From positions 133,532 to 197,531 of the forward strand of contig BCKZ01000005.1 of assembly GCA_001600815.1 (NCBI GenBank): a stretch of 64,000 nucleotides of DNA, given 5' to 3'. This document shows, piece after piece, positions 12,540 through 25,960 of this stretch. The notes under the pieces were generated by a model, which worked only from the letters and a program-made list of their open reading frames with translations, was not told where the DNA came from and ran no database searches. This DNA comes from Alloascoidea hylecoeti. Taxonomy: Eukaryota. The number at the start of each line of letters is the position of its first letter. Position 1 is the stretch's first letter. A program made the position numbers and the translations under genes.

Positions 12540-12950
12540 ATGCAGAAGCTCTTGAATTATTAAAAGAACATCTTGATTATAAAATATCAGAAGTCTCTAA
12601 TTCTTCTCAAAGAAAAAACCTTCAAATTTTACGATCAATGATTTTAAATAGTTTATCAAAAGAAGATTCAATAATTATTAGAAATTCAAAAACAATTAAT
12701 GAAATTATTCAAATTTTAATTGGAAGATATGAAGTTGGTTTACAAACTTCATTTGACATTTATAAGTAGCTTTTCTCATTGATATGAATAAATTTTTATT
12801 ATTATCAAAAATGGGTGAAGAAATCTCCGATAAAGCTAAAATTATTAATTTTTTTGGATCAATTTGGATTGAAGATGAATATGATTTAGTTAATACTAAA
12901 ATATCATATTTAAATATTTGTGAGTATTTAACTGGTTATGATCCAGAATA
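12540..12950 (+). mobile_element. Decayed Ty1/copia-type gag remnant
   Basis: Fragments MILNSLSKEDSIIIRNSKTINEIIQILIGRYE and KMGEEISDKAKIINFFGSI resemble copia gag (retrotran_gag_2). Interrupted by stops and frameshifts. Confidence 0.5.
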
Positions 12951-13823
12951 AAGACTTTTGTGAAAGAATGATGAGGAAAACTACTGGTTTATCATTATTT
13001 TATTCAAATAAAAATAATAAATTGAATGATAAAATGAAGGATTTAGTCACAAAGAAAAATGATGAAACTAAATAAAAGACTTTGTCATCATCAAAAGCTA
13101 ATTTAGAAGTTTCTGATATACATCATGAATCATTGGGTGAAGTGAACGCTTCTCTACAACGCGTATGACAACAACTAAAAGCACAACTACAACTACAACA
13201 AAAAAAACGGATATTCGTTTGTTACGAAGAAGTTTTAGGGAAAGACTTTTTCAGAGGTGTATATCAAAAAAGTAGTATAAGCCAATACCTTTTATTCAAG
13301 CTTTTGAAGATGGTATTCTTCAAATGGACAGTTCTTCTAATTATGGAGTTAGCTAGATCAATCACTTCTTGATAGCTCCTCATCATATCCATGCCAATGC
13401 AACCCAATCTACTTGTAGTAGCAAAAGGGGGTCATTTTTTCTACTGGAATTGTATCCAGTAATATTTAGACAGAATAGGAAACCTAAATTATATTTCATT
13501 TAATAATATTTCCTTTGGAACTCGTCTTTAATCAAGATTTTATTTTTATTAATTATGTTTTTAGAGTAATGCTACTGTATATTCTATTTTATCTAGATGA
13601 ATTTAATAATTCATTTAAACTGGCCATAATTAACGCTATTAATACTTGTAATTAGTATGCAAAACATAAAAATGATTAAGATAATAATTATAATCAATAC
13701 ACGGAAGAACGTTCATAAAGAGATTTAAAAGAAAAGAAAAGAAAAGAAAAGAAAATTAAAATATAAACATTAATTATTAGAAAAAAAAACTATAATCCTT
13801 TTTTTTTGTTTTCATTTTCAATT

Positions 13824-16642
13824 TCAGTTATGAGAATTTGAACTTTCAAGTTCTAAATAATCTAAAGCTGCTTTAGTTTTCATTGAAATTCTTGTACTTA
13901 ATTCATAATCATCAGCCCATAATTGAGATTTTCTTAAAAATTCTTTTGTTTCTTCAACTTTTTCCATACCATACATTCTCCAATTAACAACAGCTCTTTC
14001 ATAAAAAGCTGTTGGGTAAACCCATGGATCTGATGTATAACCAGTTTTATTGAAATGATATTTTTGTTGTCCAGTACGTGTAACACCAGGTTCATATGTT
14101 ACTAATTTACTCAAAATTCTTGTATCCAATATATCAGCAGCTCTTTTATTTTGATCTAAAGTTCTTAAAGTTATTGATGTTAAAAGATATCGTATCATTG
14201 CTTCTCTTTCAGTTTCTGCAATAACAGGTTTTAAATGAGTTAATTTATCATCTTTATAAGAAATATTACTATCAAGTAATATTTCATCTTCAGGTTGAGC
14301 AGAATAGTTAAGTTGTCTTAATGTAATTTTAGCTTGCTCTTCATCTAATCTTCCATAACCATTCCAAAAATACATTAATTCATGCATTGGAGAAGTTCCA
14401 ACAGCATCAACTAAATCAACTTTACTATTTTTATGAACAATATCACTCCAAGAACGACATTTTCTTGCTAAAAAGCAATCAAATGGCATATTTTTTGCAA
14501 TAAATTTTCTTTTACCAATCATACCAGGGGAATTTTTAATATATTTTGATGCTAATCTTTTCCATTTTTTAATTTCTTTTTCACTTTTTCCTTCTAATTT
14601 TGCTGTTCGATATAATTCTAAATAACAAATACCTGAAAAATAAGTATATAAAGCATGAGACCAACCATTAATAGTAATTAAATTTTGAAAACCTTTTGCT
14701 GCTTTTTCATATTGATGTGTGAAAACTAATAACATATTAACATCAAATACAAGCATTGCTTCAATTTGTGTCATTTGAACAGGTCTTGTTATATTTTGCA
14801 TTAATTCAATTGCTTCATAAATTTTTCCCTTACCAGAAAGAATACGACCTTTTTGATTTATCCAAAGTGCATTATTTGGAAATAAATCACACATATTTTG
14901 TAAAGCATCTTCTAATTTTTTACCAGGATGCATGAGAGTCGGTAATGGCTCATTATGTTTTGAAGCTGGTGGTGTTGAAAGTGCAGTATCTGAACTTTTT
15001 GTACTTTTTGCTTCTTCATAAATTGATTCAGAATCATTTTCAGAATCATTTTCAGAGTCATCTTCGTTTTGATGTTCGTTTTGATGTTCATTTTGACGTT
15101 CATTTTGATGTTCATTTTCTGAATTTAAATACATTTTTTTATATGCTTCAGTAACAGAAATATCAAAATTTGTATCAGTAAATTGAAAAGGACCATCATA
15201 AAAAACTAAAAGACCTAATAATGCAATACCACCATGTATATTTCTTGATTTTGTAGCAGCATCCCATAACATTTTAACACCATCTTCTCTATTACCTTTA
15301 AAGCCAACAATTGCCAGAACGTTTTTCAAGCCAGAAGGTAATAAAGAAAGAACAACTTGTAAAATCCCAAAACATAATGAAACTCCGGATGATATAAATT
15401 CATCAATAGTTGATTGATCCATTGGATATTTAGGTAAATCAGTTAAATTATTAACAGAAACTGTTTTTCTTGATACAGGATCAGCTTCTAAATGAGAACC
15501 AAACATTCTTGCTTGTCTCATATCAGATACTTTTTGAGCAAAAGTTTTAATCTCATCATCTGAAGATAATTGAGAAGGATATTGAGAAGTACCAAACATT
15601 GACATTCTATTCCATTTAAGATTATTATCTAATGTAACTTTGGAAGCACTTGATTTAACACTACCACTTCTACTAAGTTCAAACATTGATTGTGCTTCAA
15701 CACCATTCATACCAGTAACAGCAGATCTTGCCATTTGTGAATTTTCTTGAGCGATTAATTGTTTATTAATATCATCTAAAATATGATAAGCTTTTCTTAA
15801 TTTATATAAAGCTTTTGCTCCTTCAATAACAGATTCAGAAAGAAGCATTATTAAAGCATGCATTAGATTAGCTTCTGCGGCTGTGACGGCATATTCAGTT
15901 CCTGGTGGGTAAATCGAAGATGTTTGAATTTTATATTTTTGATGTTTAGCTCTTTCCTTATAAGATAAAGTTTCTGCTTGAGATAACGTATCTGCTGCAG
16001 TTTTCATTGCCTCGGGTTCAAACCCAAGTGTAAACTCGAGAAATTGGATTACTCCACGGGCCAACTATTTATAAAAATTAGAAAAGAAAAAATAAAATAA
16101 AAGAAATGTAAAGTAAACTTACAACATGAATAGCAGTGTTTTTGCCCTTCAATAGATCCAAGCCTTCCTGTTCACGATCGTCTAGCACGTAATCCATTGC
16201 TTTTAGTGCAATTTCAACTAGAAATAAACAAAATCCCTCATTAGTATGTATGCATTAGAACATTCTCGAGGGTCCCCCCAAAAAGACTGTTGGTCGGTGA
16301 GATTTCAATATTAAAAACGTTGAGTGCTGAAATACTGAAATGTTGAAAGTTGGCTATGTTTATTTTCTTTGGTCTAACCTTGTGGTTTTGAATCTGGGGC
16401 AATGAAAACTGTATTCAGATACGATAACACAAGAATTCAAAGATCCGAAAACGACTATCATATTTACCACGTTGTAACCACTTTCAACCACTTTCAAAGA
16501 CTAAACTCGACAACAAGCTCATGGAGATAAAAACAGAGAAATACTCACAATCAGAGGCTTGATTAAGGACCTTTAAAGCAATATTAGAAGGATCCGAATC
16601 TGTGTCGGGCACCGCACTCCTCAACCCTATGAATCGTAACAT
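13824..16642 (-). CDS. IML2: Iml2/TTC39 family protein; complement(join(13824..16064,16123..16217,16549..16642))
   Basis: Spliced N-terminus LNQASDFEIALKAMDYVLDDR, then LARGVIQFLEFTLGFEP, YPPGTEY, WSHALYTY and DDYELSTRISMK. Introns 16548-16218 (GTGAGT..TACTAAT..TAG) and 16122-16065 (GTAAGT..TAG) keep the frame. Confidence 0.92.
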
Positions 16643-19600
16643 GCGAGATTATATACAATGAATAGTAAGCGATGGAGGTTAAGCAGAATGGGATGCTACT
16701 CTAGAAATAAAACGAGACTCGAATAAAATCGAAGAAGAAACGAAAGAAGAGGTGAAAAAGTGAAAAGTGAAGGATGAATTTAAAAGCAAATAACAAAAAT
16801 GTCTCTAAATAAATAAAAGTGTACGGGTGTACGGCCCTTTCAAGTTAAACTTTTTAAGACACAAAGATAAAAGTAAAAATTATAAAATTAGGATTTCAAG
16901 ACATCTCCATTAAATATTTTAAATGGCATCGACCAGGTTGAAAAATGGGAGAATTACGCCTAAGTTACGTATAATTTAATCCTTTCTAACATGTCTTTGT
17001 AGGAAGTTTATGAAAGCATTTGGAGTCTTCAAACGTTATTTCCACCTGGGGAAACTCATTCCAAATGCACAACAACAATCATAATCTACTCGGAAAAACT
17101 TTATGTCATAGCAGACCCGATAAGGACATAGTTTATAACGAACTACAAAGAAATTTTAAGATAAACAACGTTAACAAGAATTACTATTTGTTGGTATATT
17201 TACGTCTCGGTCTCACTTTTATAGAAGTCTTACAAGTAATTAATGCTATAAATAATTATAATTATAAGGATTAGTACATACTATTATTAAGTTTAAATAT
17301 TAACGTTTACTTTGTATTATGCTTATTTAGGATAATAACAACCCACGTTTCATTTAGGGAATTTATTCAAATTCATAACTGGATATTGGAAAGTTAAGAG
17401 TTTATCAGCTTCTGTATAAGTTCACATTCTGTCATATTCATGATCATGAGTTTTTACTCTTCAAACTAATCCCCAAAATATATGCAAGTGAATGTTCAAA
17501 TCATCAATGTAAATATTTATAAATAAATATTTTATTTATAAAATTACGTATATTATGGTCAGAATAACCTTGTATATGTAAATGCAAGTACTCAATGTAA
17601 TAGGTAACACCACAGATTTCACCCCAGAAAGTGTTTATTGCATAAACGTAACATGATTTTACGTACTGCCTCACTAGAATTATATAGCCATCTATGATTA
17701 TCTACAATTAGTGGATTTATAGATTCTAGTTCGCAAAACAATCTGTTAAATATTAACTAAATAGTAATATGAGAAAAAAATTTTACCTCTACAATTTAAT
17801 TAATATTCCAATCATTAGCAATATATATTAATTGTTGAAGTTTTTTCGCAGTATCCTACAAACCGCTTAATAGTATATTCCAATGGAATCCCCATATTCG
17901 GTGAAGTCAGATCGTATCTGTAGAACAAATGTCTATTATTCTCCAGCTTTACTTGAGCTCCAGAAACTATATATTCTCATCGGATCCACCCACGCTATTT
18001 CGAATTCGCTAACAACTAACATAATTGTTCTGCGAACTTTTGTGAGCTAATGGACAAATTTTACTATTCAATAGTAACGATATGGTTATAGCCTGTTAGT
18101 AATAAAAAACGACAACATTAGTATCTCCGTTGAAATCTGTGGTATTATGGTTTCTCCTTATAATATTTAATTGAATGCATAAATTTAAACGCTTCCTGAG
18201 ATCGATCAATTTTATATATTAAATAGATATTATTGCAATTGTATACAGCATATCTACAGCTAATTATTTAACATCTCTAGATCTTATAATTGTAAATTTA
18301 TATTGTTAATTTAAAGGTAATATCTATCTACATGATAATGGATCGATTATCATCAGTGTAATTGACTCCATATAGCCATTACAATTCACTAGTACTATTT
18401 ACTTAAGTGAGAGGTCTATCCATCTACCGGTATCTTATAAAAGCGTATTTGTACTTGTACATTCCAATCGACTGTTGCAATGAAAATACATGCAACTTTC
18501 TCAGTCGCCGCCTTTATATTATTTATTATAATGGAAGTAGAAAGTGGAGCCAAGATATCATTGAACAATACATTCAGCTGGACCTTGCTGTCGATGACCA
18601 TTACGTGTATCTAGTCTCATATTAATATTGATTATGACCATGTAGTTTATAACAGTACAAAAATAATACAATAGATGATTGTGGTATAAGACCACCACAG
18701 GACTAAAATACTTGTGAAAATACAGTGTAAGAGAAACAAATTTGAATTAATTCAGCATCCATTTCCTCATTGTTATGGCAAACTAGATAATTGTAATATT
18801 TCTCGAATTCTCTATGGATGCGATGACCATTTTGAAAACCGTTAAATGTATCATTAATTCAAACTAATTTCAACTAATTCTATTCCCTTCAGTAGCCAAG
18901 TAATTGTTAACTTTAGCGCTAAACACATACCGATGAATGACCACTTACAGAACATTTTCAATGTTACCTAGGTAATATTCCTTATAATTATAATATTAGA
19001 GATTATAATTAACCAATTTACACGTTAAAACTTTTTGAACGTGCTTGTGGCTCTCCTGCTCTCATGATATTAATTCCCTGACAATATTTTATTTGATTCT
19101 CTTGAAATCACTCCTTGAAAGTGGCACCCACCTGGTATATTTATATTTGCTAGTAAGTCGTAAGAACTATTCCAAGGATCACCAATCTCAGGAGGATCGT
19201 GAGTCTAAATTTCAGAAGAGTTTAAGATAAATAAAAGCAAGAAGCATTGATATCGATATCAAAATAAATTCAGTACATCGCTTGATACTTCGTGTTCTTG
19301 TTTTTCATTAAAAAATATGAAACAACGATAAGTTTTCTTTTTAAACTTTTTGGTCTTCGATGTTTCAGTTCCTACAAGCGCTACCTTATAAATCTATAAA
19401 TACAGCAGCATATCAATATTTTTACCTATAACTTTTTTATTTCTATTTATATATCTTATATAATTAAAACCATAACTATACATCATTATTCCATTACAAA
19501 ATTGTTAAATGCTTAACACATGAATTCAAAGGTTTTAAAATATAAAGTAGATTAAAAAATGATTTTTAAATTTATACTCAATTAAGATTAATTTAAGCAT

Positions 19601-19786
19601 AATAATTTAGAGAGAATATTAAACAATCAGGTGGGAAAGCATAATAGTAGCAAAGGGGTAATATTACTACAAAGTAAAATTAATAAATCCGAAAAAAATT
19701 TTGCTATATAAAAATTAGCATTGCATTTTTGATAATATATGATAGAATTTTGACATCAAGCCATTAATTATTGACTAGTTAACTGT

Positions 19787-20707
19787 TTAGATTAAAAGAG
19801 ATAATAAACCAGCACCAACAACTGTAAAGATAGCTGAAGCACCTGCACGAATCAATCTGTCGGCTTTACCTTCAGAAATGGCGATAGTTGAGTTGGCAGA
19901 GGCAGAAGCAGTTGCAACTTCGACAGAAGAGGTCTCTAACGTAGTAGCAGCACCAGATGCAACTACGGTGGTACCTTCAACAGAAGAGGCAGCAACAGTT
20001 GTGCCTTCAGCGGAAGAAGCGGCGACAGTAGTACCTTCAGCACCACTTGAAACAACAACAGTAGACTCTTCAACAGCAGTGGTAGAATCTTCAGCGGCAG
20101 TAGTACCTTCTGTGACAGCAGCAGATGTGGTAGCAGCAGTGGTAGCAGCAGTGGTAGCAGCAGTGGTTTCTTCAGCAGCAGAAGTTTCTACTGGAATGGT
20201 CGTAGATACAGCTTGATTAGTAGTTGCTTCAGCAGAGGTGGAAGTTGGTTCAGCTTCTGTAGTTGCAACGGCACTCTCAGCAGCTTCAACGCTAGAAACA
20301 GCATCATCACTAACTAAAATACTATCGGCACCAGCATAACTACAAACGTTAACAACTTGTTGAGTAGCAAGAGCAATATCAGTTCCAGTACAACTCTTTG
20401 CGAAACATTCGTAAACAGGATCGAGGAAAGCACTCATATAACACAAACAACCAACATCGTAAGTAGGGCAAGGAGTAGTACCTGAATCAGCATCTTCTAA
20501 ACAATCTTGAGCACAGTCAGGAACGCATTCGTAGATATTATCAGAAATACCATTGTAAACCACTGTCTCGTATTTGAAATTTGGAACAGTTCCATAAGTT
20601 CCATATGTTGTAGAGCTGTAAGAAGCTGTTGAAAAGCATTCGAGTTGTGCACTAGCGTAACCAGCAATAGCGACTGAAGCAATGATTGAAGAGGTTGAAA
20701 ATTTCAT
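19787..20707 (-). CDS. GPI-anchored CFEM protein, Rbt5/Pga7/Csa2 hemophore type
   Basis: Signal peptide; NGISDNIYECVPDCAQDC...TPCPTYDVGCLCYM...CFAKSC...VC matches the Rbt5-type CFEM pattern (NGFADRIYD..PECA..C...TPCPYWDTGCLCVM); Ser/Thr/Ala stalk; hydrophobic C-terminus. Confidence 0.88.
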   Translation of the reverse strand: MKFSTSSIIASVAIAGYASAQLECFSTASYSSTTYGTYGTVPNFKYETVVYNGISDNIYECVPDCAQDCLEDADSGTTPCPTYDVGCLCYMSAFLDPVYECFAKSCTGTDIALATQQVVNVCSYAGADSILVSDDAVSSVEAAESAVATTEAEPTSTSAEATTNQAVSTTIPVETSAAEETTAATTAATTAATTSAAVTEGTTAAEDSTTAVEESTVVVSSGAEGTTVAASSAEGTTVAASSVEGTTVVASGAATTLETSSVEVATASASANSTIAISEGKADRLIRAGASAIFTVVGAGLLSLLI

Positions 20708-22859
20708 TGTTTTTTTATTGTAAACGAAAGAGAAAAGTTATATTATAAAATGTTCAGAAAAATGACTGGGATTTTGTATTAATGAAGGTTTTAATTAAAT
20801 TTCAATTGATGATAAACTTTAATGAAAACACAATTTTTATCAGATCTTACTCCTTTTTATACAATTTTTTAAACAAGAAACTTAATAGAATTTATACTAC
20901 TATTTAAAAATCCATAAATATATTAAAATACGGTGTTTGATTTTTTTGTCAAGTGTATGGTAAGCACTCCCGGAAATTAGTTTGATCTATCTAATCCATC
21001 AACATTAAAGTTATGATAATTACCTTAATAGGGACATAGTTGCAGAAGTCCGTGCATAAAGTGCCATACTATCTGCATTTGGACATTTCTTAGTTTACAA
21101 TTAGTGTATCAGTTCATTTTCAATCTTTAATTTGTTAGCTGAAGGAATATAAATATATTGCCGTTATTTTTAGTTAGTGTCATACTGTTGCAATATACAG
21201 GTGAAAATATTTCACCCAAACTTGAGACTAACGGTAAGTATTTCTTAAACTTGTGGACTATTAATTAATTAATTATATAATTATTACTGTTCTTGGTTTG
21301 TATACTACAAAAAGTCAATTACACGATCAAGATTAAATCGATAACATAAATATATTTAAAATTTTATAGTTTTGAGCACTAACCTAGCTAGATTGTGCTG
21401 AAATGGTAAAATATCTGAACAGAATAAAAAAGATGATAAGAATAACCATGCATGTATGTAAGTTAGTGCTGGTATAGGTAACTTTACTTATATAATAGTT
21501 ATTTAATTAAAATAAACTAGATCTATGGCCTTATAGCTAAGCTTAATAAATCATCATATAATATATTCATGGCTACTATTGGCATTGACACTGGCTACCC
21601 TTATAAATAGCTTCATTCCAGTTTTTTAAAAATATTTTTACGATTCTTTTTTCAAATGGATATTTTACATGGACATTTAGTAGCATTAGCTAATAAAACA
21701 TATTTTCCGTTAATATTAATACTAGTGCATATATGTATAATCACAAATTTAATTGAATCAATCAAATTTGTTCAAAATATTTTATATTTATACTCTTGAT
21801 TCTGGACTGATGAAATATGAAAATCCAAAATGTGAGTAAAAATAAATCGGATAGAAATATTTTTATGATCGATTAATATTCCATCGGCTAGTTTTTATTT
21901 GATTTTTGAGTCCTTGTTGTAAACATCTGCAGCTTATTTAAGCATATGCTCATTATTAAAATTATAATATATGAACATTAACCATTATCGAGAAGCGTTC
22001 ACTTAAAAGCAACCATCAACTTCTAGAACCTGTGGAAGTTTCATCATATTTTTTTTGATATTGGATTTAAGACTATTTGATTTACTCTAGTACTTGTGTA
22101 TTTATATACATTGTGAATATAGATCATGATCACCATTGTAGGTTTATGTTTCCGGTTGCAATTGGTGTACATATACACTTTTTCTTTAGAGATAATTAAT
22201 TATGCTCATGATAATTATGGCTTCTATAACCATATAATTAATTCTGGCCATGGTCTAGCTTTAGACTTGTTGACGTCAAAAGAAAAAATGAAGAATATTG
22301 TATTTAATTGAGCTTCTAGATCATTATTACTATCATAGTCCATAAATGATATAATACATGCCCAGAAAACCTTAAAGCAATAGTAGTAAAATAAGAGAAA
22401 AAGTATTAATTGTAATATATAAATGTTTAAAAAAGTACATATGTCTTAGTAAATACTCATTAATAATTTATGATCAAAAGTGTGATGATCTTATTTAACC
22501 TGGATTCTGACGTGCACCTATATGCTACAACATAATATTTGTTGTGTTATCCAGATTTTTTAATTTAAATACTTATATTAAGATTAAAATCCGATTGATT
22601 AATAAATAATTATAATATACCTATAGCTTCAGTTATAATTATGATCTGAATGAAATCTAATATTAATATAAAAATGCTGGAGACAGGTTTTGAAAGTAGT
22701 TATAAGGAAAGGAATAGATCGCGAAAGTAGAAATGTATAAGTGTTTCGATTGGAAACTTTGCTGATAATTGTACTATAGCTAGCCTAGCATGTGAAGATT
22801 AATATGTTAACGTTCATACAATCAATTGGGAACACCCTTTGTGCAAACCTTTGTGCAAA

Positions 22860-23500
22860 GCTGATACCAAGAAAAATAAAAATCTTGATGTCAAAATTAT
22901 ATTCTCTACCAATGTTATTTTTCACTCAAAAACATGTAAACCTCTTGAAAAAATTTATTTGAGAATATTTCATCAGAACTTTAGCCACTTTTAACCATTT
23001 GAAATATGAATGGCTCATTTGAATACAGACCCGAAGCATTATCTCGTCTTGCTTAATCATAAAACCATTGACATCGTAGTATCGGAGTTTAATATGTAGA
23101 GTATACCAAACCAACTGGTGGAAATCCAAAGTTTCCTTGCCAATATCGTAGGGGTCTAATTAGAAAATTGCAAAAAGTCCAACCAAAAATGTGTGGCACA
23201 AGCTCAAAATTGATTCAGGAAACAGGTACTTAATTCTTACTAGTATTAATATGCACTATATCCTTTGACTTGCGCTGATACTGCAAACAGAGCGGATAGA
23301 TTCGTCACTTGGATATCTAAAATTAGAAACACCATCCAAGCAGGGAATTTCAATTTCAATATTCCTATAAACATACAAACATATAATATTGAAGCACGTA
23401 TGGATACACAGTTCCCTGTAGACTCATTTACCCAGTAATCAAGAAGCTTTTGCGATGTATTTATGCTAGTTGAGAACACATTCAATGCCGTGATGCGCAA
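22860..23500 (-). mobile_element. Highly decayed copia pol remnant (protease to integrase region)
   Basis: GILKLKF...TNLSALFAVSAQVKGY resembles the copia protease block (G.VKL...PNLSANL.SVSQL..KGY). Weaker integrase-like fragments lie downstream. Many stops. Confidence 0.35.
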
Positions 23501-24409
23501 GCTAATAGTCTATTGACTATTCTAGGAACATAGAGGCATCATCACCATAATACAATTTTTAAGCAAATCACTAAATACTAAATATCGCGTTTGTGGATAA
23601 GAAGAACTGTTAAGAAAAATACCTTAAATCGCAGAGAAACACCTACATCACAACAAAAAGTAAACTTTATCAGAATTAGACGAGTAAGTGGAATTGAATA
23701 CTGGTATAGTATTTATTATTATTTATAAGCTTATATATTTGTAGCTGGTTTTGCAATTCGAGTTTGAAATGCAACATTCTTGTCCGAAATATTGTGTTTT
23801 ATAGTTCAGCGCGCTCAAACTACGTCCACCACATTTTTATAGATCGAAAGATTATTATAATTGAGTTATTACTACCGTATAGAGCATACACATACATTAA
23901 TTATTATTCAATTCATTTATATTTCTGCTATAGTTAATATATAAGATTAATTTCAACCATAATTAAAGAGTTCTTTCGACTTCTTTGTGATAAATAAAGT
24001 TTATCTATTTATGTTTTAAAGAAAGATAAAATGGTTGAAACAAGTACTCCAATTAGATCAACTTCCAATAATCTTCTTCACCAGTTTGAAAAATTCAAAT
24101 CGGAAGTTAATAAAAAGATTGACGATAAATTTGGCAGGCTGTTGGATATTTATTCAACATTATAATTATCCAATGCTGAGAAAGATTCAGAATTGGATAA
24201 GCCAGATTTAAATGTTAACTCAGTTTCCTTAATTATAAAGTTAAACACAATTAATATCCTTCGTTAAAAAAAAAAATTAAAAAATAAGTACTAGCGTAAT
24301 TAATATAAGATCATTGAATTATTTTTTCATGTTTAGTATATGTATCATTTGAAATTATTGCACATTTAAGTTTGTGGACAAGATAAGATCACATCATTGC
24401 AACCTTATA

Positions 24410-24816
24410 CCGTCAGGCTTCCAATTATCGCGTTTTGGGATGCCTGGTCATAATTCTTCAAATCACCCTATTTCTCACACCTTACGACAGTAGATTCCAT
24501 AAAAATAATACAATAATACTTCTACTATATCATATGAACTTCGGCGCATCTGATAATACCCGAATATAAAATTTCCAACTAATAATGCCTGCTGAAAAAT
24601 GGTGTTAAAGTACTGTGCTGCTGAGCTATTAATTATAAATACTCGAGGTCGGAGAAAATATTTCACTCCATAACAGAAAACACAAAAATTGTATATTGAA
24701 AAATCATTATCAGAATTACGAGATTAATTGGATTTTAGTAATAGTATTAAATTTAATTTATATTAGTTGTTGGTTAAGAAAATGGTGGTTGAAAATATCA
24801 ATTATGTTCCATCCGG
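24410..24816. mobile_element. Non-coding copy of the pogo/Fot1-like element end (homologous to 60055-60420)
   Basis: Long stretches match 60055-60420 (attatcgcgttttgggatg...; cagaaaacacaaaaatt.tatattgaaaaatcattatcagaattacgagatt...ggttgaaaatatcaattatgtt). Bounded by TA-CCG and CGG-TA. Confidence 0.7.
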
Positions 24817-24940
24817 TATCTACCTGGCGGTATAGAATTAACAATTGATCCATATGCCTGTTAATCTATAAAATCCAGGTAAATTTCATTTTTATGTCTT
24901 TTGTTTTTCGTTATATTGTAAGAATTGGGATTAAATATCA

Positions 24941-25960
24941 ATGAAATTAGCATCAATTGCATCCTTGGGTTTAATTCCAACAATAATCGCAGAGGTGATC
25001 AATGGTATTCCGGATGTACATCAGTTTAGTTCTAGACATGAACTTAGACCAAATGATACAGCAAATGATTCAAGAGTATTAGCTGCTCGGGCTCCCAGAC
25101 TAAATGATGTTAATCTAAATATCCCTGTTGATCGTTTTTGGTATGGTGTTGACGTTGAAGTTGGAAATCCTCCTCAAAAAAAAGATGTTTCTTCAAATAG
25201 ATTCTGCTTCTACTATTACATGGATTCTTTCCTCAGGGCTGGGGTGACTACATGGTGCAAACATTGTAATAATTTTAATGCAACGAAATCTAGTAGTTTT
25301 CAACTTATTCCTGGATATTTGGAGGCAATATATCAAAGATCAAAGTACGTTTGCGATAGGCTCATGGTTTAAAGATGATTTAACTATTGGTGGAAAGACA
25401 GTTAAAGGTTATGAGTTGGGATTAGCACTTAGTACCGAGACTTCATTCAGACTTTTGGGTCTTTCGTGGGATAGTTATGGTGCTGCGGGGCAATTAGGCC
25501 TCCATGTTACCGTAATTATCAACATGCATAGGTTGACTCTGGAATTACAAAATCTACTGCTTATTCTCTTCTTGTGAACTTTTACAGATCCATCATCAGG
25601 AAGTCTTACATTTGGCGGAGTTGATAGTAATTTATATACTAGAGATTTATATAGTATCCCATTCTCCGGAACTGGAAGTCCAGATATCATTTTAAACAGT
25701 ATTACTTTTGCAGAGAATACATTTCCTTTTAATCAATTCGTTGCTTTGGATACTGGTAGTGGCCAAATATATTTACCTGAAGCCATTTTGTTTCCAATAT
25801 CAAAATCTCTAGATCTTGGAATAGATCCTAATAGAGAAAGATTTCCAAGGTTATATCTCATCGAACTGCACTTTACCATCTGATCAACGAACTGTTGACT
25901 TAAAACTCAGCAACGGATATGTTACTATAAAAATCCCGCTTGCGGATCGTCGACCCGAAT
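24941..25960 (+). pseudogene. Secreted aspartic protease (Sap/yapsin-like) pseudogene
   Basis: Signal peptide; YGVDVEVGNPPQ; first catalytic motif degenerate (QIDSASTITW, after a frameshift in an A run); GSLTFGGVD; second motif ALDTGS. Several frameshifts and stops. Confidence 0.85.
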
